Source of the DNA: Chlorokybus atmophyticus
Lineage: Eukaryota; Plantae; Mesostigma and Chlorokybus algae
Assembly: GCA_009103225.1 (NCBI GenBank)
Contig: RHPI01000560.1
Location: 599,379-663,378 of the forward strand
DNA length: 64,000 bases
Reading direction: 5' to 3'
Shown: positions 45,509 to 58,843 of the stretch, in pieces
Numbering within the stretch: position 1 is the first letter of the stretch
Layout: each line of letters starts with the position of its first letter
Notes under the pieces: generated by a model
The model's input: only the letters and a program-made list of their open reading frames with translations
The model's database searches: none
Told to the model about the DNA's origin: nothing
Translations under genes and position numbers: made by a program

Positions 45509-48500
45509 ATGAATGCTAAGGAGGGCTTCGCAAGCTCCGGCAGCGTCATGTTGACCAATGGCTACGACGAGGAGAAGGCTGTGAAGACCGCAGGAAAAGG
45601 AGGCAGGCTGGTGGGCCACGCCTCGTCTGCAGGTGAAGCTTCAGCCCTGCATGCTGCTGTCCCAGTGCTTGTGAATTTGGTTTGAAGGGAATGTGACTGT
45701 GCGTTGTGCTGATTGCTTCAGGTGGCGACACCCGCAAGCTCAAGTTCATCGCGCTGCTAGCCCTGCTGGGCCTCATCGGCACCGTCACCTTTGCGGTGCT
45801 GTACGGCGTTGAGGAGTCCAAAGAAAGCAACAATGTGTCCTTTCTCTCCTCAACTCAGGTGCCACTCACGCATGCTATTAGTTTGATATGACCAACTGTC
45901 TCGGGTGCGAGCACGCGTGTTGTAACACACCACACTGCGTGCTGAAGCACACTTGCAGCTTGCAGCGCGCGTGTTGTCACATGTTGTGACAGCCATGCCT
46001 ATGCCAGTGTGTCTGCATGCAAGCTGCATACAACAGACGCAGTTCTTGTTGCATGTGACACATAACACTCATCCAACGCATGCAACGCAGGGCAGCTCGC
46101 AGGACCAGGTTGGCAACTACTCAATTCCGATTGGTACCGGTAGTGTGCGGACTCATTACATCGGCATTGACGAGGTGGAGTGGGACTACAGCCCTGAGTC
46201 GCATGAGATCAATGCGTGCTCAGGCGTAGCCTACAGCAACGACCAGCTCGTGTATGTCCAGCCGGGTTCCACACGGATCGGCAGCGTGTACACCAAAGCG
46301 TTATTCCGGTAAGCCTTTACGAAGCCACAAGCACGGCACTGAGCAACAGCTTGAGGAAGCTGTCTTTACAAGCTGTCTTTTCTTGTACTCAACAGTGCGT
46401 ACACGAATGGAAGCTTTTCCGAGCAAGCAGCTGTCGAGGCCAAGTGGGCACACCTTGGCACGTTGGGTCCAGTCATCCAGCTAGAGCAGGGAGATGTTGT
46501 CGCAGTCACAGTAAAGAACTCCGCTCGCTTCCCGTTCAACTTCCACGCCAGCGGCCTGCTTCGCTTGGCGATAGGCCCTGAAGATGGCTACGTGACCACC
46601 GATGTTGATGGTGACCCGGCCCTCTCTCTCGGCGACACGTAAGCAACATCACTAACACACTTGGGCTGCTTGCCTTCTAGCCTTGCATGCATGCATATGT
46701 TACATAGGAGCCAACACATTACGTGTTCGCAGGGTCATCCTGCCAGGAGAGGTAATGACCACCTACTGGATGGCGGACAACGACTCAGCTCCCGGAGTCG
46801 ACGATGTTTCGTCCACAGTATGGCTGTACAGGTCCGTTGTTGAAGGCGCCCGCGACAACTATGCCGGGCTTTACGGGCCGATCATTGTCACCAAGAAAGG
46901 TTCTGCCAACGATGATGGGTCCCCAAAAGATGTGGACACGCAGTTCGTCACACTGTTCATGGTGAGGACCCCGCCGGCGGCTGCATGCTTGGGTCACCAC
47001 CCATGTGGTGCTGTTGTGTTAACCCAAGCTTTACCTTTGCACGCAGGTGAGCAATGAGAACTCTAGCCCCTACCTTGTTGACAACCTCGCCAAACTACCC
47101 GATTCAACGAATGGGGCCGGCGAAGTCAACGACAACGGAACAATCAGCCTTGGCAATTTGGATGCGGGCGCTGTGCTCCAAGCATTGTATCAAGCAGTGG
47201 CCATTAGGTATGTTTGTCAACACAAGCATCGTCAACCGTCTGCATGGATAGAAGCATGTGTACATGCATGCACGGGTGGTAACTCAATCTTGCTTCTTCT
47301 TTGCAGGCAGAAGACTGACCCGGGCAGCCTGTCTAGCAAAGAAGCCAATCAGTTGCTTCAGCGCAGCAATGGTGCGGTGGGGAGCGTCAACGGAGTGTCT
47401 CTAGGCAACATTACCATTTCAGACTCTTCATTGAGAATTGGGAGCTATGATGACATCATCGCTGAGGGCGCTGCACAGGTGTGCATTTGCACAGCAAATG
47501 TATACGTCCTTCTGACTACTCAAGGGCTGCATGGAATACCATTATAATCATTGCATGTACCCAGGCTGCGATTATCAATATGGCGAATGCCGCGCGTCAG
47601 CAGCTGCTGAATGACAATGCGGATGACTTCGAAGAGAGCAACCTGATGCACTCCATCAACGGGTACGCTAGTGGCAATGTCGCGAATGAACGGTAGTTGA
47701 TTCTAACGCGCGGCGCTCATGGCATACACTTTCTGCAGGCATGTTTTTTGCAACGGACACGACGCCTTGTCCATGTCGACAAACAACACCGTGCGTTGGT
47801 ACACCGTTGCACTCGGAAATGAAGTGGACCTCCACACGCCTCACTGGCATGGACACACTCTGCAGGTGGGGCAAGCAAAGGAAACAGTGTACACCTCATT
47901 GAAAGCAAACCGAAGTGCACTGCATGATCTTCTTCCTATCTGTGCAGGTGTCAAACCGGACTGTGGATCTGTTTAACCTGCTGCCATTCACATCCATTGT
48001 GGCCGACATGGTGCCGGACAACCCCGGCATGTGGCTGTACCACTGCCACGTGAACGACCACATAAAGGCGGGGATGGTAACCAAATACACCGTGTCATCG
48101 ACTCCTGATGCCAACGCTGAGGCTCTTCCCGGCGTCGAACGCGAGTACTTCATCCAGATTGAGGAGCAAGACTGGAATTACGCCCCATCTGGAGTAAACC
48201 AATGCACCGCCTCAGGTACTTGAAAAGCCTCTTTCTCTCTTCGGTCGCAGGTGTGCCTGCGTGCTTTGACGCACATGCACACAAGCACACGCACGCGTCA
48301 CCAACGGTTGCTGTCACAACGTACTGAACTGAACCTGAGTTACGTTGTCATGGTGCTAACAAGGCTTCATCACATGCAGCTGACGCGCCAGACCCCGAGC
48401 TGCCTTACTCAGACACCACATGGCGCAAGGCGCGGTACATCGAGTACACGGATCAGAGTTTCACAACTCGCCGTTCCGTTGTTACCGGGTCCGAGTACAC

Positions 48501-51349
48501 TGGCATCTTGGGCCCCATCCTAAGAGCCGAGGTGGGCGACACCATTGTCATCAACGCCCGCAACAATGCCAGCTACCCTTTCAGCCTCCATCCACACGGC
48601 GTCCTGTACGCTAAGTCTTCCGAGGGCGCAGCCTACGCTGATAGCAACACCACACAGACCCTGGCTGCTCAAGGCATTATGGAACCTGGAGCTGAACTTG
48701 TGTATGTGGTAAGTACTGTGTACATGTGCACTGTGCAATCCATGTGCGTGTGTGCATGCGCGCGCATGTGTATGTACACCTGTGTGCATTCTGTGCCCAC
48801 GGTTGTGAATGATTGTCAGAGACACTGCGTCTCTCATGCATTTCTCTTGTTTTGCAGTGGGAGGTTCCTGAAAGGGCGGGTCCCGGGCCTTCAGACCCGT
48901 CTTCCATTGTGTGGCTTTACCACTCTCACGACGATGAGACAGCCGATACCAACGCTGGCCTCGTTGGCGCCATCATTGTTACCCGCAAAGGCAGCGCAAT
49001 ATCACAGGAGTAAGTGTCGTCATGACTACACACTTGCATGGTAGCACTTCCAACGTGGGTTCACACCATCTTGCATCACACAGGGATCCGTCGCCATCGG
49101 ATGTGGACAAGGAGGTAGTGCAGCTGTACGCTGTCATGGATGAAAACACCAGCAAGTACGCCTTGACCAATGGAATCGCAAGGCTCGGGTCTGATGACGA
49201 GACCGAAGTGGAAGAGTACTTGGCGAAGGACACCGTCATTGAAAACAATCTCATGCACTCTGTCAATGGCTACATCTTCTGCAATGCTCCCGCAATCAAC
49301 CTCACTACCAATGAACGCGTGAGGTAATTTTGTGCTCAGGGGCACACACATCCGCACAAGAGTTCGCGCGCACATGTGCGCACACATGCACACAGCATCT
49401 TGTGTGATCACGATCACGTCTGCATGGTAACCAAAGTCGACCCCAAACTGCAGGTGGCACTTCATTGCGCTCGGGACAGAAGTTGACATGCACACGCCAA
49501 CGTTCCACGAGGACACATTGATCGCGCTCAACCGCCGCCGCAACGCGGTGCAACTCCTCCCCGCGTCGATGGTCACCGCAGACTTCTCCCCGCAGCGTGC
49601 TGGCACGTTCCAAGTTGGGTGCCAAGTGTACGACCACGTGTTGGCGGGTATGTTGGCGCAATACTCGGTGACGGGTGACAATGCATCACCAAGCAATAGC
49701 TCGGGAAGCACGAGGACTTATTACATCCAGGCTGAAGAGCAGCTGTGGGACTATGCCCCAGAGGGCGTGTTGACAGAATGCAGCGGCGCTGAGTTCAGTG
49801 AGACGGCCGATGCTGAGACTTTTATCGCCAACGGGCCACAGCGTGTGGGCAGCGTGTACTGGAAGGTCAGTTGAGACACATACTTGCGCTTGCACACTTA
49901 CAGGCAAACGCACGAGGACATGCATGCGCGCATCAGCGCTTCTCTTCTTGGTCGATGCTGACGCATGTGTGCGAAATCAGGCTTTGTACCGAGGCTATAA
50001 GGATGACAACTTCAACGAGCGCCTTTCTGAGAGTGATGACGCTGAGCATTTGGGCCTTCTCGGACCCGTCATGCGCGCAGCTGTTGGCGACACTCTGCAA
50101 GTGGTGTTTCGAAACAACCTCACAAGGGAGGCTAACCTGCATATCCAAGGCTTTGAAACAGACGGTATGTACGATTGGTGCACTGTGTGCGTGCATGCAT
50201 GGATGTGCGTAATGCATGTGGCAAGTTACAAGCATTGCAGGACAATCTCAGTTGAGAGTATGAAGTAGTAGTACTCATGTCTTTGTTAAGATGCACGCAC
50301 TCAGCTGCCATGAGTCCCTATCTTGTATCTGCTTGCTTCGAGCGCGCATCACCAATACCTTGCAATAGATGCGCCGGTGGCTCCCGGAGACACGGTCACC
50401 TACACTTGGAACGTGACGGACGCCTACAGCCCCGTCGATGATGAATCAAGCTCAATAGCATGGTGGTACCTCAGCTCCGTGGACACCATTGCTATGACTT
50501 ATGCTGGCTTACTCGGCCCGCTCATCGTGACACGACGAGGTGCGTGTTGCGGGATGATGGGAGGTGGCTTATGTGTTGTTCTTGATACTCATCGCACATC
50601 ATATGTGTGCTCAGGTGCATCCAAGAGCGCTGATGACCCGTTTCCAAATGACACCGACCGTGAGTTGATGATGGCTTTTGGCATTTGGAATGAGAACCAG
50701 AGCCCGTACATTCAGAAGAACGTATTTGAGTTTGCTCAGCAGGTACTGCGTTCATGTCATATAAGCCATCCATGTCAACAAACAGGACTGCACTGACTGA
50801 ACCATGTGCACAGCCTTTGGAACTCACTGACTTTGAAAATGAGGACTTCCAAGAAAGCAACCTCATGCATTCCATCAATGGCCGCCTGTACTGCAACCTG
50901 CAAGGTGAGACACAGACATGCACACACGTACACATACTAGGACATCCCCGCATATGCGTACGTGCGCATGCACGCGCACATGCATGCAGGCACGCATCCG
51001 CTGCATACACTCACAGTTGACATGGCATCGTTGACTTGGCATCCAAAGAGTACAAAATGAATGACCAAAGCAACTCTGTTCTGCAGGCTTGCAAGCGACT
51101 GTCGGCGAGCGCGTGCGGTGGCACTTTTACGGCATCGGTTCCGAGCTTGACTTGCATTCACCCAACTGGCAGGGCGGTCAGACGGTGTTGCAGCAGGGCG
51201 CACACGCGATGTCGGTGCTGATTATGCCCGGCACGGTCGCCACGGCCGACACGCTCGCCGCCACCCCCGGCTCATGGGTACTACACTGCCCGGTGAATGA
51301 CCACCACGCCGCGGGGATGTTTGCTCTGTACAGTGTCAGTAGCAGCTGA
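45509..51349 (+). CDS. FOX1: Six-cupredoxin-domain multicopper ferroxidase with N-terminal membrane anchor (FOX1/ceruloplasmin-hephaestin type), multi-exon
   Basis: TM segment 'LKFIALLALLGLIGTVTFAVLYGV'; three repeats of the 'Y(I)..EE..WDY', 'LGP.....GD....N' and 'NLMHS(I/V)NG' blocks; Cu motifs 'LHTPHWHGH', 'WLYHCHVNDHIKAGM', 'LHPHG', 'WLYHSH', 'GCQVYDHVLAGM', 'HCPVNDHHAAGM'. Confidence 0.92.
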
Positions 51350-52302
51350 AAGGGAGATGTGTTCTATGCATGTACCTGTTTGGTTCAGCGCGATTGGTGT
51401 GTACTAGTTGATATTATTTTTTCTACTTACTTGGGGTACTTGCCCCATGATGGCGTCGTAGGTTAAGCTTAGAGATTGAGATTAGTAGCCTGTAAGAGTG
51501 TATAGAACCAATAACGCCATTGGCTTTGTTATGTTACATACCGTGTGAGAGTGCGAGGTAACATGCCAAAATTGCTTGTGGTCATGATTGCGTGATGAGT
51601 GTTGGTCGTAATTGTCTGCATTGCAGAAACATTCAACACTTTCGGATGTGTCATGTGTGCCACAGCAAACAGTGACGCAGCCATGCAGTCTGCTAATCTT
51701 CCAGGTGGTCGGTATACCATACCAACCACAATAATAAGCATGCACTGGCATGCACTAGCAGTTTAGTCACTTTGATGGTATCTGTGCCATGTGCGTGTGC
51801 ACTCTGGACCTGTACCTTGCACAGGGCTGTGTCAATTCTAATGCGGCCATGCACCTGCTCCACTACTCAGAAGATCCAGATGCGAGCTCACAAAGGGTAG
51901 AACAATGGCAAGGGAACCAAGTAACATTTTTGGTGTTGGTGACAATGCCTTTTCTTTCAACAAAAGCGAACAAAAGCGGCTTTTGTTCTTCTTACAGCAA
52001 GCGCAAATAAGTCAGCAAGTGGACAAAGTTGGACAGACCAAGAGGCCAACTCAAGCTCTGTATGCGTACAAGCAGCGGACTTAGTCATTAAAGTGCAGAG
52101 GGGGGTAGGGTTGGAAAGACTGCTACGATGGTGTCACCTGCAGCAGGGCATATGAACACATGTCAAAGCATGTATGCGCACGAACAGCATGCCACCACAC
52201 CACATTGTGTGGTTTTGTGTGCATGACTGCGCACGCGCACTGACTGAGATCGTGTACAAATGGGAGTTACATTCACAGTACACCCTGTACAGTATACAAA
52301 CA

Positions 52303-55300
52303 TCATCGTTCGTGTAAGAAAGTGCAACTATCTCCTTTCCGGCAGTTGCCTTGCGGGAAAAACCTACACGGTTTCCTCTTCCTGTTTGAGTCTCTATCCC
52401 CAAACATGTCCCGCTCTCTATGACTCCTTCCCACATCCCACTCGGTATCTCTATCTCTGTATAACCCCACATCACGCCCTTGAGCATATGAACTTGTGGA
52501 CAGAGGTGGCAGCACGCTCTGCGGTTGTGACAGCTCTGTGCGCGTGTAGTGATCGAGCACGTCCGACAGTAAAACCGCATCGGAGTTGTTGCGCCCGTCC
52601 GCCCACACGCGCAAGTCTGCGGGAAGCTTAGCCCTCCAACTCAACAACTTGTCCACGCCAAAGGGCCCGTGCTCTTTACCAGTTGGATCATAATAGTGCC
52701 AACCTCTTGCACTGAACAAAGCACTTGTGTTCTTTGTTTCATAGCTATCTCTACTACTGCCTGCTTGGTTGTCGTTGTTATAGCGCGTGTCCCTGTTGTA
52801 GTCCCTTGTGGGCAAGTCTGAGCCACCCCAACTTTTGTTGTTGTTGTGTCGAGCATCGCGCGTGTACGTGTCTTCCCGCCTGCTTGGGCTTGCGCCATCC
52901 CGCCGCCGACCATTGCCTTCAAATTGCCTGGCTCCACTGCAAAGGGGCACACACCACCACCACAACAACAGAGAACAACATATCAGTACCAGCAATCCGC
53001 TGCCGGCGCCTGCAGCGGACTGCTGGTACTGATAGATGATACATGCGTTCACGCACACGCAAAGGTCAGAATTTCACTTTCAGGCCAGCAGCACACACTA
53101 CAACTACAAACATTCTGCCAACTTGTGCCTAGGCTGCATGCGTGTATGCATGTGCAAGGAGTGGACCTCATAGATAAAACACAAAGCATACCTCCCCCAA
53201 CCTCTGTTGTTGCCTCCTCCTTGTGTCTCTTCGTTGCGTCTATACGACGTGCTAGGCGAGTCCGTCCTGTTGGCACCCCACGCGTTACCCGTGCCAGCAG
53301 AACCCCACGAAGGTCTCCTTTCCACGGGCTTGTCATTGCTGTTTGCGGGGGGCACATTGTTGTTGTCAACGTTGTTGTTGTGGTTGTTGTTCACACCACC
53401 CAATGCGCCCCATCCCGACTTGGCAGCAGGCACAGCAGGCCCCTCAGCTGGCTTGTTTGTGTTGTTGTTGTTCCATGTTGGACTCGCTGCCGGCTTTTCA
53501 GGCGTGACAGGTGTGGCCATCCTGTCCCCCGCCGAGGGAATCTACACCACACCACGCAAATAATTTAACACAATGATGCACAGAACATGTTGGCCAATAT
53601 CCTGCCCACCAGGAAGGAGCTGTATTGGAAGGAAGGAGCGAGGTCGGGGCTGCGAGGCCGTCTCTCTTCCTCTGGCGGCGGGGGACTTTCCGGTGCGTCG
53701 GGGGCCATGAGAGGGTCGTCCTCGATGGGCGGCAGAGCCAGCAACTGCTTGATCTGTCGATGTTGGCACGCAAGGTTTGCTGGTTACAAGCAAACAAAAA
53801 CACACGCGCACGCCCACGCATGCTTGCACAACCGGTCTAACTCGTAGACGGCCTCTTAACCACGCGACGGTATGACACTAACCAAAAGCACGCACCATCC
53901 CATGTCGTCCATCACATCATGACAACACCATGCAACGAGTGGGCTTGAAAAAGCTGCAGTCATTGCCCTTGACTGAGCCGGCAGCAAGTTTGTTGGACAC
54001 AGTGGCGGAGCAACACGCACGCACACGCAAATGTACCTGCGCGGGGTCAGAGAGTCGCCGTAATGCCTCATCAGCCTCGCGCAGCGCTTTCTTGGCTCCC
54101 TGCTCGCTCGCCCTATCCCGCAGATTAAGTTGCTTCCTCCTCTCTTTCGCCAATTCCTCTCTCCTCTTCAGCACCGCACAAGCGTTGGCTCTCGCCTCCA
54201 TCTCACGCACTGTGGGAGCACTGGGCAACACGTGGCCGAGCCGCACGAGCTCGCGCAGGCGGCGGCACTCATCTGGCGTGAAGTCCGCGTTGGACACGTT
54301 CGTGATGCACACGTCCTCTTTGCCTTTGAGGTTCTGGACTTCGAGACGCTTGCGCGTGGAGAGATTGAGGTCGGGACGAGAGAGGTAGATCGGGTACGGG
54401 TCGCCGAGCTCAGTCACGCCAACCACGGGGACGAGACGGTACATCTGCATCTGCTCGCCGGGCTTCATCGGGATCATGATGCGCACGAAACCTGTGGCGC
54501 ATTGGCACGAGTTTTAGCCACATGTGCGCACATGCACGTGTGTGCATGCATACGCATGCATGCACACACAAGCAAAGATGCACATGCACACACGCCTGCA
54601 TGCACACAGTCACACCTGAGACGACACTCCGGTCAAACAGTGGCTCTGTGTGGCGATCAGCCAGCGCATCCTCCAGTACAGACCGCCGCAAATAGAGGAG
54701 GTTGATGTTGCGAGGGTTGATTGCAGCCCACAAACTCTGCACACAAACAAATTCGCTGTTGAGCTTCATCGAGTAACCAACATTTCGTTGGTTACTCCAT
54801 GAAGATGCCATACACAACCACATCCGCTGTAACCACAATCAAACCAACAGAGCCTATGCCGCACACAGCAGCACAGATGACCCTACTTTGCCATTGTCCT
54901 GGTTCGAGCCCGCCAGAGGGCCAGAATTTCGCCTCCCGAGCGGCGTGTGCGTGGATTTTTGTGTACCCAACATCTGCTTCTTAAATGCGAGGTGTGGTCG
55001 AAGCAGGCGCGAGAACTCGAACGAGTGGCCGATGGAGGGGCTGTGGAAGATGGCTTGCAGGGCGTCATCGCAGAGGATGCGCCGGCGGTCGCTCGGGTCC
55101 TGCAGGTCATGAGCCTTGATGTAGGTCCAAAGGTGCTTCACCAGGGTGAAGAGACGGATAGGGTAACGCGTGTCCACCTGTGTGCAAGCAACAACACGGA
55201 ATTTGTATCCCTGCTAATAGACGCACCCACGCACATATGCATGCAAGTCCACACGAATGGCATGGGCGGACAATGTTATATGCACATGCACACGCAGTCT

Positions 55301-57577
55301 TATAAACACGCACTCATACACACGCTCATGCATGGACAAACATGCACGCACGTACACGCGTGCATACAAACGCGCAAGCGCGCGCGCATGCACGTGCGCA
55401 CAGTCATATCTGCGCCCACGCCCAAGCTGCTTGTGCCTGCGCATGCAAGCACACGCAACTCACATTGATCTTCTTCAATAGCTCCAGCAAAGGCGGCGAC
55501 CCCCATCCCGAAAACGGCGGCACAACCGGTACGGGCGTGGGCGTGCGTGGCGCAGACCCTCCCCTCGGCGTGTCCACCGCTTCCTCCTCTTGCTCCTCAT
55601 CGCTCTGTGTCAGCTCTGAGCCCTCCTCACCCTCTTGTTGACGCTCCTCCCCAACAACATCATCCACAAGTGCATCATCGCCCACCAACTCAGCCTCACC
55701 CTCAGCCGTCAAGTCCACAAGCCCACCAGCAGCAGCCTTAAGACTCTCATGCGTGCTCTTACGCGCCGACTTTGCCACATTACCATTCCCCGAAGCAGGC
55801 GAGTCCAACACTCGCTTCCTCCCCTTCTTGTTGTTGGGTTGAAGCACACTTCCCGCTAGCGGTGGGTCACTATCCATCGGATACTCTACTCCAAACCCAG
55901 GCTTCACCGTATTCTCCCAATACCACTTTAGAAACGACACCTCATCACTGTCTACCCCACCGTCCACCCCACCATCACCACCCACCCCAACATCAACACT
56001 CCGTCCCTCCACTAACCGCACAAGCGGATGACAGTCTCCGCACAGCCCAAGTGCAGCAGGCTTGGCGTTGGGTAGTAGTAGCACATGTTGGGATGACTCG
56101 ACATGGTCTCTGCAGGAAGCGCTGGGACAGGTGAGGCAGCGCACGCCGCCCGTGCGACCGATCGAACGGCTGCACTCGGCGCAGTAGTGCCAGCCGCAGA
56201 CCCAACGGGCCTTGTCGGCGAAGTAGGCGGCGTCGCGGGCGATGCAGGGAGGGTGGTACGCCTGTTGTTGCACATGAGAGAGAGAGAGAAATAAGGCACA
56301 AGGAGACAGACACATGCATGTGTGCTGATGCAACAGTGCTTGACGCGTGAATCTCATGCTTGTACGCGTGCACTTGCTCTCTCTTGTGTACATGTGTGTG
56401 TATGTGCGTGCTTACTTGTAGTGTACGCATGCATGTGCATGCCTTACGTGTGCGTACTTACTGTCAAATGTGTGCATATGCGCGTGCGCATGCATGCAAC
56501 TGAGCGCACTAGTTGTATTGTACAATGGCAGGTGCATGCCTTACACGCATGCATGCAAACGTGCACACTCTGAGGCGGAATGCGCATCCATAACTGCTTC
56601 AAACACTTGCACAAGGAGTCACACCGTGTTGCATGCTTGTTGAACAAAATACGTTTGCAATTACCAAAAGTACCGGAATGTGCAAGCCTTTTCGTGATTA
56701 CGTTTGGAACGTGCTAAGCGTGTTGTTACAGTGTGCGTTGTGCTAGCAATGTGCGTGAACACAACAATCACAAGGCATGGCATTCATACACATGTAGTGT
56801 TGCACGTAGTTGGTGTGTGGGTCGTGTGGGGATGCGGCAAGAACGATGATGCTCACCAATTCTCTTACAACAACGCCGTGTGTTGGGTTCTCTGACTTGA
56901 TAACCATAAAAACTGATGCCACGTATGCATGAACCATACCCGCACATGAGCACATGTCAGTCTTACATGTCAGGTTGTACCCTTGCATTGCAGTCAAGTC
57001 TTAAAATGAAAACGCCTGTCAAGTGTATCAATTACGAATGCGCTGTCGTGCAATATCGCCATTCTTGGTCTATTTAACACATGCATGCTTCATGGATTGA
57101 CAACGAAACAACAGCAAACCTCTTATTACGCACATGACAGCAATCAATCCGTAATAAGGAAGATATGTATAAGAAGCTCTGTGTTGTACAACTCTGACAT
57201 GTGTGTTGACAGCAAACACACTTTCCACATTGCTAATGTGTGTGCGTGTATGTAAGTGAAAGAGAGAGAAACCCCACACAGTCATCGCGGACAGTGCACG
57301 AACTCCTGTGTGCAATCCATGCAGGACGACAACAACGCACACCACGACAACAACGACGACCATACTCACAACAAATTGGGTCAAACATGCCCAACAACAG
57401 GGCTCACACCTTAGGGCAGTTTTTGTCGTCGCACACAACCAGGCTTCCCCCATCTTTGCACACAAAGCAGACGTCCTCCTCTTTCTTCTTCTCGTCCTTC
57501 TTCTTAGCCGCCCCGCGCGGCCTAACGGCGGCGGAGGTGCTCGCACCCCCACCTCCAGCTTCACCACTGTCCCCCAT
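52303..57577 (-). CDS. NERD: NERD/C3H19-like protein: PHD, SWIB/MDM2, Plus3, GYF, CCCH zinc finger; multi-exon
   Basis: 'EEDVCFVCKDGGSLVVCDDKNCPK|AYHPPCIARDAAYFADKARWVCGWHYC'; SWIB 'HLWTYIKAHDLQDPSDRRRILCDDALQAIF'; Plus3 'AAINPRNINLLYLRRS..YRLVPVVGV'; GYF 'WHYYDPTGKEHGPF'; 'KPCRFFPQGNCRKGDSCTFLH*'. Confidence 0.92.
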
Positions 57578-58843
57578 GGATCCGCCACCGTGACGCCCAC
57601 CACGACGACGACGACACCCCCGCCGCCACTGCCGCCGCCAAGCACAAAGGCTCTGGCCAGGCGGTGAGGGTTAACTGATAGAAGCCGCAGCTGACTAAGA
57701 ACGTTGGATATCGAGTGGTCTCCAGTCGATAAACGGCTGCTTCTTCATTGTTATCGGACAGGTAGCGAAACTAGCGATACAACCGGTACGGCAATACTTT
57801 TGTAATGTTACTAACTGCGGTTTAGCTGGGCGGCGGCGGCGGGGTTGTTGTTGTGGGCGTCGACGTCGTTAGTCATGAATGTCTCCTTGGCAACTTGAGT
57901 TGGCTGTTTCCTGCACAAAACTCCAGTGAGGCTTTTTGAGCTCTGTGTGCGCCTGCGAACGGCTTGTCAATGTGCCTTGTGTGCATGCAAATGAGTGTGC
58001 ATGAGACGAGCTGTTTACAAGCACTGGCGTCGACTATTATAATTTGTTGTAAGTGACAGAAGCTTGCTCGCCACCGAGTCATTTACCATACACATGCATG
58101 GCCCAAAGCAGCTGTAGCCAACCTCCACATCAAGGGCCTTAGACCAGCTCAGCCCAGTGTGTAGTATATAAGGGGTATGGTACGGTGTATATGAAGGGTA
58201 TGGTACGGTGGCAACATGCATGGTGTGTACCTCAGCTCTGCCGCATGTTGCTGGAAGGTGAGCGTGCAGGCATAGATGTGCATGAACCATGTGGGTAATC
58301 TCTTAACGGTTATTCGCCACGAGAAGTAAGAGGTTTTAGGATGACATCTGCAAGCGCACAGGCACAATAGTATCAACCTGGAATAGCACGCTGCCTTGCT
58401 CACAATCTTGTTTACTTGTGAAAGGCAACAAGGCTTTAGCATATCAGGTCAAGTAAATGCGATACTTGATTGATTGAAGACAAAGCATGCAGCCCTGCTC
58501 CTATCTCTTATTCTCTGTGCTTACCTGCTATGCTTGCTGCTCTCGGCGTGTGAGTGTGCAGGTGCTCTATGCATCTATCTGCAGTAATCCAACCCGAAAG
58601 CTTTACATGGTTTGACCCTGCGTGTACCCTAAACTTGATGACAGTGTCGACTACACAAGCATGCTAAATTGGACTGCATGCAACGAGATGCTAGCATGCG
58701 TAGCTGCCTACGCAATACACATACCAACCTACTGATTTTTTCGCACACTGCACCGCTCGCACCTCATTGCATTCTTTGTACACTACGAGCAACGCCCCTC
58801 CCAAAATTACAGAACGATATCATACACCTGTACAAGCTATCGC

